From positions 64,001 through 128,000 of IMG/VR virus record IMGVR_UViG_3300046820_002568: a stretch of DNA of 64,000 nt, one strand, 5' to 3'. This document shows positions 58,976 to 64,000 of this stretch, one piece after another (position 1 is the stretch's first letter; each line of letters opens with the position of its first letter). Position numbers and translations under genes: made by a program. This DNA comes from a virus. The notes below the pieces were generated by a model. It was not told the DNA's origin, did not search any database, and saw only the letters and a program-made list of their open reading frames with translations.

Positions 58976-60745
58976 GTGCAAGAATCTGTTGACATTAGAA
59001 GTATTGAACAGAAAGCCCTACAAATCTTAGAAGAATACAAGGGCTCAAATAACTATATCCTAAAGTTAAAACAACAGCATGCAGTTAACCAAAAATTTAT
59101 CCCAACAAGAGCCCAATGTGATTATATAATTGGGTTCAATCAGGTGGAACCAAAAGTTGCAAAAAAGTGGGTTGATATTGATTCATATTTTGCAAAAAAA
59201 CTTGTGGATGATAATCCATTCATTAAGGAACCTGATAAAATTTATGTTGAAAAACTTCTTGTAGAAAAAGATAAGTCATATCACATTTGGGGAAAGATTT
59301 TTAGTGGGGATACAATTCACGACTTTTGGATTCCTAAAACGGCAATCCATAAAGCAAAAACAAGAACTGCTGAAGTTGATTGGGATAAGTATTCTCACAG
59401 ACCCGCTCTTAATCATCAAAAAGAATGTATCATTAAACTTCTTGAAAATGACAAATACATTGTTGCCGATGATATGGGTCTCGGAAAGACAACCTCAACT
59501 GTTATTTCATCTATTGAAAGTGGGGCCAAAAAGATTTTAATCATCTGTCCCGCAACACTCAAGATAAATTGGAAAAGGGAAATTGCTCTTTATACCGATG
59601 AATCAGTTTACATTGTTGAGAGTAAGAAATGGGAGGAGGGTCACAAATATTATATTATAAATTACGATATAATGAAAAACTTCCACGAACCAAAATCAAA
59701 AGAATCTATTTTAATGAAAGAGAATTTTGATTTGGTTGTAATTGATGAAGCTCACTATATTTCAAACCCTCAAGCTCAGAGAACAAAAATTATAAACGAT
59801 TTGGTTGGAAATTCTGAAAGACTTTGGCTTTTAACAGGAACTCCGATGACCTCAAGACCAATGAATTATTACAATCTTCTAAATTTAATTGAGAGTCCTG
59901 TTGCCGCAAATTGGATGGCATACGCCATTAGATATTGTGCGGGTTATCAGTTCTCAGTTGGAAAAAGAAAAGTTTGGAATGTTAATGGGGCATCAAATCT
60001 CGAAGAATTGAGAGACAGAACTTCCCGTCATGTGATTAGAAGATTAAAAACTGAGGTCTTGGATTTACCTGATAAAATTATTACACCACTTTACCAAAGA
60101 CTAAGTTCAAGATTATATGAAGAACTTATGGGTGAATACTATGACTGGTACACAAACAAAAAAGAAGAGTCAAAATCTTTGACCATTCAGTTCTCAAAAC
60201 TAACAAAAGTTAGACAGGTAATTGCTGAAGAAAAAATTGCGACCACAATTGAGGTTGCGGAAAACATTATTGAACAAGGAAAGAAAGTTATAATCTTTTC
60301 AAACTTTACAGAACCCCTTCAAAAAATTCATGAACATTTTAAAAAACAATCTGTTTATTTGGACGGGTCAACATCAAAACCAGCAAGACAAAAGGCTGTG
60401 GATGACTTCCAAGAAAATGATAAAGTAAAAGTTTTTTGTGGGAATATTAAAGCCGCTGGTGTTGGAATTACATTAACTGCCGCCGAAGCTGTCATTATGA
60501 ATGACCTTTCATTTTTACCTTCAGACCACGCTCAAGCGGAGGATAGGTCTTACAGATACGGACAAAAAAATAATGTTTTGGTCTACTACCCTATTTTCGA
60601 AAATACTTTGGAGATGGAAATTTATAATATTTTATCAAGAAAGAAACAAATCATAGGAACCGTTATGGGGGATACCCAAGATTCGGAGACAGATATAGTT
60701 GAGCAAATACTTAATGAAATTAATTCATACTCAAATAAAAGATAA
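58976..60745 (+). CDS. SNF2-family (SMARCAL1/HARP-like) helicase/translocase
   Basis: ADDMGLGKT, ICPATLKINW, VIDEAH, LTGTP, IRRLK, KVIIFS, AAGVGITLT, QAEDRSYRYGQ. Confidence 0.93.
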   Translation: MQESVDIRSIEQKALQILEEYKGSNNYILKLKQQHAVNQKFIPTRAQCDYIIGFNQVEPKVAKKWVDIDSYFAKKLVDDNPFIKEPDKIYVEKLLVEKDKSYHIWGKIFSGDTIHDFWIPKTAIHKAKTRTAEVDWDKYSHRPALNHQKECIIKLLENDKYIVADDMGLGKTTSTVISSIESGAKKILIICPATLKINWKREIALYTDESVYIVESKKWEEGHKYYIINYDIMKNFHEPKSKESILMKENFDLVVIDEAHYISNPQAQRTKIINDLVGNSERLWLLTGTPMTSRPMNYYNLLNLIESPVAANWMAYAIRYCAGYQFSVGKRKVWNVNGASNLEELRDRTSRHVIRRLKTEVLDLPDKIITPLYQRLSSRLYEELMGEYYDWYTNKKEESKSLTIQFSKLTKVRQVIAEEKIATTIEVAENIIEQGKKVIIFSNFTEPLQKIHEHFKKQSVYLDGSTSKPARQKAVDDFQENDKVKVFCGNIKAAGVGITLTAAEAVIMNDLSFLPSDHAQAEDRSYRYGQKNNVLVYYPIFENTLEMEIYNILSRKKQIIGTVMGDTQDSETDIVEQILNEINSYSNKR

Positions 60746-60783
60746 AAGTATAACTTTTACTATGTATTAAGATATTTATTATT

Positions 60784-60939
60784 ATGGGAAGACCACCAAA
60801 AAAAGAAGAGGATAAAAAAATTAAAATAGGTATTAGTTTAGATAAAAAACTATATAACAAAATAATGAAAGATGGAGGAAAGGTTTCCCGAATAATTGAA
60901 GGAATTATCAATGAATATTGTGAAAACAAAAATTTGTAG
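60784..60939 (+). CDS. Small ribbon-helix-helix-like DNA-binding protein (51 aa) overlapping the HNH start
   Basis: Manual translation MGRPPKKEEDKKIKIGISLDKKLYNKIMKDGGKVSRIIEGIINEYCENKNL; GRP(P)K AT-hook-like start, KIKIGISL strand; paralogue of 32082-32243. Confidence 0.75.
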   Translation: MGRPPKKEEDKKIKIGISLDKKLYNKIMKDGGKVSRIIEGIINEYCENKNL

Positions 60940-61615
60940 TAAGTGTAAATTAATAAAAAATATTAGTGAGTTTGTAAAACACCCTCAAACCAAGGATGGG
61001 TTACAGTGCCGTTGTAATGAATGTCGTAAAATAGAAAAAAAGGAATATTATAAAAAAAACAAAAAATCAATAAACGACAAATCAAAAAAATATAGGGAAG
61101 ATAACACACAAAAACTTATTGATTACTCTAGAAATTATTATAAGAAAAATAAAAAAAAATTACTTGAGGATAAAAAAGAATATTATAAAAAAAATTCTGA
61201 ATTAATTTATAAAAAGTTAGTAATTTATAATAAAAAAAATAAAAAAAAGGTAAATTTTTATAAAAATAATTATAATAAAGAAAAAAAGAAAAGTTCTAAT
61301 TTATTTAAATTAAGAATATTAATGAGAGATAGATTAAACAAATATTTTAAAAACTCATCATTATCTAAAAAAAATACGACCTTTAAAATAATTGGGTGTG
61401 AGCCGAAGCAACTAAAAGAACATCTTGAAAATCAATTCAAAGAAGGGATGACATGGGATAACCACGGACTTTATGGTTGGCATATTGACCACATAATTCC
61501 TTTATCTTCGGCTAAAACTGAAGAAGAAATTATTAAATTATGTCATTATAGTAATTTACAACCACTATGGGCTAAAGACAATTTAAGTAAGGGTTCTAAA
61601 ATCAGCAATAGATGA
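60920..61615 (+). CDS. Free-standing HNH homing-type endonuclease with N-terminal Zn finger (copy 2)
   Basis: CSKC...CNEC, five 15-aa basic repeats, GMTWDN, WHIDHIIPLSSAKTEEE..NLQPLW..DN. GTG 60920 (MKTKIC) aligns with the copy-1 start MKTKVC; ATG 60911 is an alternative. Confidence 0.88.
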   Translation: MKTKICSKCKLIKNISEFVKHPQTKDGLQCRCNECRKIEKKEYYKKNKKSINDKSKKYREDNTQKLIDYSRNYYKKNKKKLLEDKKEYYKKNSELIYKKLVIYNKKNKKKVNFYKNNYNKEKKKSSNLFKLRILMRDRLNKYFKNSSLSKKNTTFKIIGCEPKQLKEHLENQFKEGMTWDNHGLYGWHIDHIIPLSSAKTEEEIIKLCHYSNLQPLWAKDNLSKGSKISNR

Positions 61616-61628
61616 GTATTTATTATTG

Positions 61629-62339
61629 ATGAATAGACTTGAATTAATTTCAGAAAGTTTAGTTAAACAAATTAATGGTGATGAACCAAATGAAGTAAAA
61701 TTCTTTATCAATGAGGCAAAGACCATTGGCATTGATAAACTTCCATATTCATATTCCGCAATTAGAAGATTCATTGACCCTGAGACAATGAAGATTCATT
61801 ATAGAAGACATTACAAAACTTATGTTAAAAAATTAAATTCGGCTCTCCGTAAAAAAGATTATGGAGATGTGGAACTTGAGGATATTGTAAAACAAATTTC
61901 AAAGTATAGTACGGATATTAGAAACAATGCTGGTGGGGCATTTAATCACGCTCTTTTTTGGAAAATGCTTTCACCAAAATCTCAAAATCCATCGGGGGCA
62001 GTTTTAGATAGAATCAAAACTCAATACGGAACATTTAGAAGTTTTAGGACAAAATTTGAACAAGCCGCAAAATCAAGATTTGGTTCGGGTTGGGTTTGGT
62101 TAGTTGCAAAAGAAAATGGAAGTCTAAAAATAATGACAACACCAAATCAAGATAATCCACTTATGAATATCATATCACAAGGAGGGTTTCCAATTTTAGG
62201 ACTTGATTTATGGGAACACGCTTACTACTTAAAGTACCAAAATAAAAGAGATGAGTATATTCAAAATTTTTGGGAAGTAGTTAATTGGGATTTTGTTAAT
62301 CAATTATATATTCAAAAAACAAGCAAGAAAAATAATTAG
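61629..62339 (+). CDS. sodA: Fe/Mn superoxide dismutase, Mn-type signature, with N-terminal extension
   Basis: LPYSY, IHYRRHYKTY, NNAGGAFNHALFW, FGSGWVWL, TPNQDNP, LDLWEHAYY: all four metal ligands present; GG and QD residues suggest Mn. Confidence 0.93.
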   Translation: MNRLELISESLVKQINGDEPNEVKFFINEAKTIGIDKLPYSYSAIRRFIDPETMKIHYRRHYKTYVKKLNSALRKKDYGDVELEDIVKQISKYSTDIRNNAGGAFNHALFWKMLSPKSQNPSGAVLDRIKTQYGTFRSFRTKFEQAAKSRFGSGWVWLVAKENGSLKIMTTPNQDNPLMNIISQGGFPILGLDLWEHAYYLKYQNKRDEYIQNFWEVVNWDFVNQLYIQKTSKKNN

Positions 62340-62372
62340 ATTCATTTTGATATTTATATATAAAATATCAAC

Positions 62373-63494
62373 ATGGCAATAATTGCAGAACCACAAAGAA
62401 GTCAACTTTATACTAAAGTTAGGCATGTACTTGGAGCGCCTCTCCGCTCAATAGAACTTGAGGATGAGCAAATGGATACAATACTTGAGTTTGCAATAGG
62501 AGATTATTCTCAATATATTCAAGATTGGCTAATCGAATCTCAATGGACTTCATTATATAATTTAAATTTGGATACCCAATCATTATCTCAAGCATTTATT
62601 ACAAGAAGTTTTGATTATGAACAAAGATACCAATACTCGTATTCAAAAATTGTAGGTCTTCAGAACAATGGTCCGTGGGTATTAAAAAAAGATTACATTA
62701 CTTTAGAACCTAATAGACAAATATATGAAATACCCGCTAACCGAGAGATAAATGAACTTCTTTGGTACACTCCTTCAGAATTAACAAATATTCTTTTTGA
62801 CCCTTGGAGCTTTGGCGCTCTTGGTGGTTATGGAATGGGAGGTCCTGCAGGTTACTCTCAGATGGGATATACTGGTTCATATTTTATGATGCCAGCATTT
62901 GATATGATGTTAAGAATGCAAGAAATTAACATTCAAAGAAGAATTGTTGCTGGTGATAAAACTTATAGGGTAACCGCACTTCCTGATGGAAAAAAAGCAA
63001 TACATTTGATGCAAACACCAGGTGGAAAATTTGACTTTGGTAATTCTTCACTTATGAACGGTAAAGTTTGGTATTGGTATTATGATACTGAAGGTCAAGA
63101 TAGAGATGCATGTTTGAGAGCAAATCCTGATATTGTTAAACTACCGTCAGATGTGCCAATGTGGGCAATGAGTTGGGCCGATTTAAATGAACCGTCACAA
63201 CAGTGGGTTAGAAGATATTTTATTGCAAGTTGTAAAGAAACTCTATCAAAGGTAAGAGGAAAATACTCAGGAAATTTGAAAACTCCTGACTCTGAACTTA
63301 CTATGGATTATGCCTCTCTTGCAACTGAAGGAAAAGATGAAAAGACAAAATTAGTTGAGGAACTAATAGGCGCCGAAGGTAAATTGACAAGATTAAAACC
63401 TGAAAAGGTAATGGAAAGGGAAGCATTAATTGCGGAAAATTTAAATAAACAGCTCAAATTCAGAGCATTCCCAAGAAATTTATATGTAATCTAA
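62373..63494 (+). CDS. Neck protein (T4 gp13-like head-tail adaptor)
   Basis: VRHVLGAPLRSIELEDEQMD..A...Y and WVRRYFIASCKETLSKVRGKY. Confidence 0.75.
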   Translation: MAIIAEPQRSQLYTKVRHVLGAPLRSIELEDEQMDTILEFAIGDYSQYIQDWLIESQWTSLYNLNLDTQSLSQAFITRSFDYEQRYQYSYSKIVGLQNNGPWVLKKDYITLEPNRQIYEIPANREINELLWYTPSELTNILFDPWSFGALGGYGMGGPAGYSQMGYTGSYFMMPAFDMMLRMQEINIQRRIVAGDKTYRVTALPDGKKAIHLMQTPGGKFDFGNSSLMNGKVWYWYYDTEGQDRDACLRANPDIVKLPSDVPMWAMSWADLNEPSQQWVRRYFIASCKETLSKVRGKYSGNLKTPDSELTMDYASLATEGKDEKTKLVEELIGAEGKLTRLKPEKVMEREALIAENLNKQLKFRAFPRNLYVI

Positions 63495-63838
63495 TGGCAA
63501 TACAACGCTCAATTCCTTCTCAAAAAATTATCGCAGGTAAAGTAGTTGATACTTCAGAAATTTGTTTCGTTACTGATGAATCATATGTAACCGGAGGAGA
63601 ATCTGTAATCATCACCAAGACTTTAGAAAATATCACAATAAAATTAAATTCTTACACCACCGACCATATAATTATAAAATCTTTAACAAATACTAAGATT
63701 ATACCAATTATGGGATTAATCGATGAAGAATATGGTGAAATGAATATTGGTAAGGGTGCAAGTGTTGAATTATATTTTGCCTTCGGTAATTGGTATATTG
63801 TTGCCTCTGATGGAATTAAGGAGGAGGGGTTAAACTAA
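63494..63838 (+). CDS. Small beta-rich hypothetical protein
   Basis: 114-aa ORF coupled to the gp13-like gene (TAATG overlap). Confidence 0.6.
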   Translation: MAIQRSIPSQKIIAGKVVDTSEICFVTDESYVTGGESVIITKTLENITIKLNSYTTDHIIIKSLTNTKIIPIMGLIDEEYGEMNIGKGASVELYFAFGNWYIVASDGIKEEGLN

Positions 63839-64000
63839 CTCCTCCCATCCTTCTTCAGCTAATCCATAAATGTACTCAGGGTCAATTCCTCTTTTCTCCC
63901 AATATATTTTTTCTTGGTCTGTAATAGTCAAAAGGTCATCAATACTATCTTGGTCTGCCGGCTCAAAAGGTACTCCGTTAATTAATTTACATTGTTCTTT
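63830..64000 (-). CDS. C-terminus of a convergent gene running off the window
   Basis: Open frame KEQCKLINGVPFEPADQDSIDDLLTITDQEKIYWEKRGIDPEYIYGLAEEGWEELV*; too short to assign a product. Confidence 0.6.
   Translation of the reverse strand, partial: KEQCKLINGVPFEPADQDSIDDLLTITDQEKIYWEKRGIDPEYIYGLAEEGWEELV

Noticed and set aside
3350-60929. Other short nested or antisense ORFs in the track
   Set aside because: They lie inside well-supported genes in other frames or strands and show no recognisable motifs.
1-64000. CRISPR array, tRNA, rRNA, DGR or retron
   Set aside because: No regularly spaced direct repeats, cloverleafs or reverse transcriptase seen; intergenic gaps are mostly under 150 nt. 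This was by eye only, so short RNAs could be missed.
1-64000. Stop-codon reassignment as in some large phages
   Set aside because: Very long ORFs are intact and tightly packed under the standard code, and TAA, TAG and TGA all occur as stops.

Overview
AT-rich, gene-dense segment of a large (jumbo-type) myovirus genome, most likely infecting a Bacteroidota host. Host evidence: SprB-like and M43 domains, a TTTG-N20-TAnnTTTG promoter, and A-rich starts without Shine-Dalgarno sequences. Positions 1-58.9 kb are almost all on the minus strand. In order they hold: a truncated IS200/IS605 tnpB; tail-appendage and baseplate genes (Pro/Thr-linker proteins, SprB-repeat protein, gp7-, gp6- and gp25-like wedge proteins, and a virion protein carrying an M43 metalloprotease); a nucleotide/replication block (nrdA, nrdB, DnaB-like helicase, 5'-3' exonuclease, RecA/UvsX, gp32-like SSB); then hub, LysM, tube initiator, tape measure, chaperone pair, tube, HAD phosphatase, sheath, and gp15- and gp14-like genes. 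The plus-strand end encodes a SNF2 helicase, an HNH nuclease, MnSOD and a gp13-like neck protein. Main observations not in the ORF track: (i) two copies of a cassette of TATTTAT promoter, ~52-aa ribbon-helix-helix-like gene, conserved 20-nt overlap and Zn-finger/15-aa-repeat HNH endonuclease, plus a third RHH-like gene with a perfect palindrome next to the sheath promoter; (ii) a window-wide TATTTAT motif, the reverse complement of the T4 late promoter core, often 4-5 nt before ATG, into one copy of which the tnpB element appears to have inserted; (iii) a zymogen-type M43 protease inserted into a baseplate-region protein; (iv) a candidate +1 frameshift in the tail chaperone pair. All product calls come from motif recognition by eye, without database searches.
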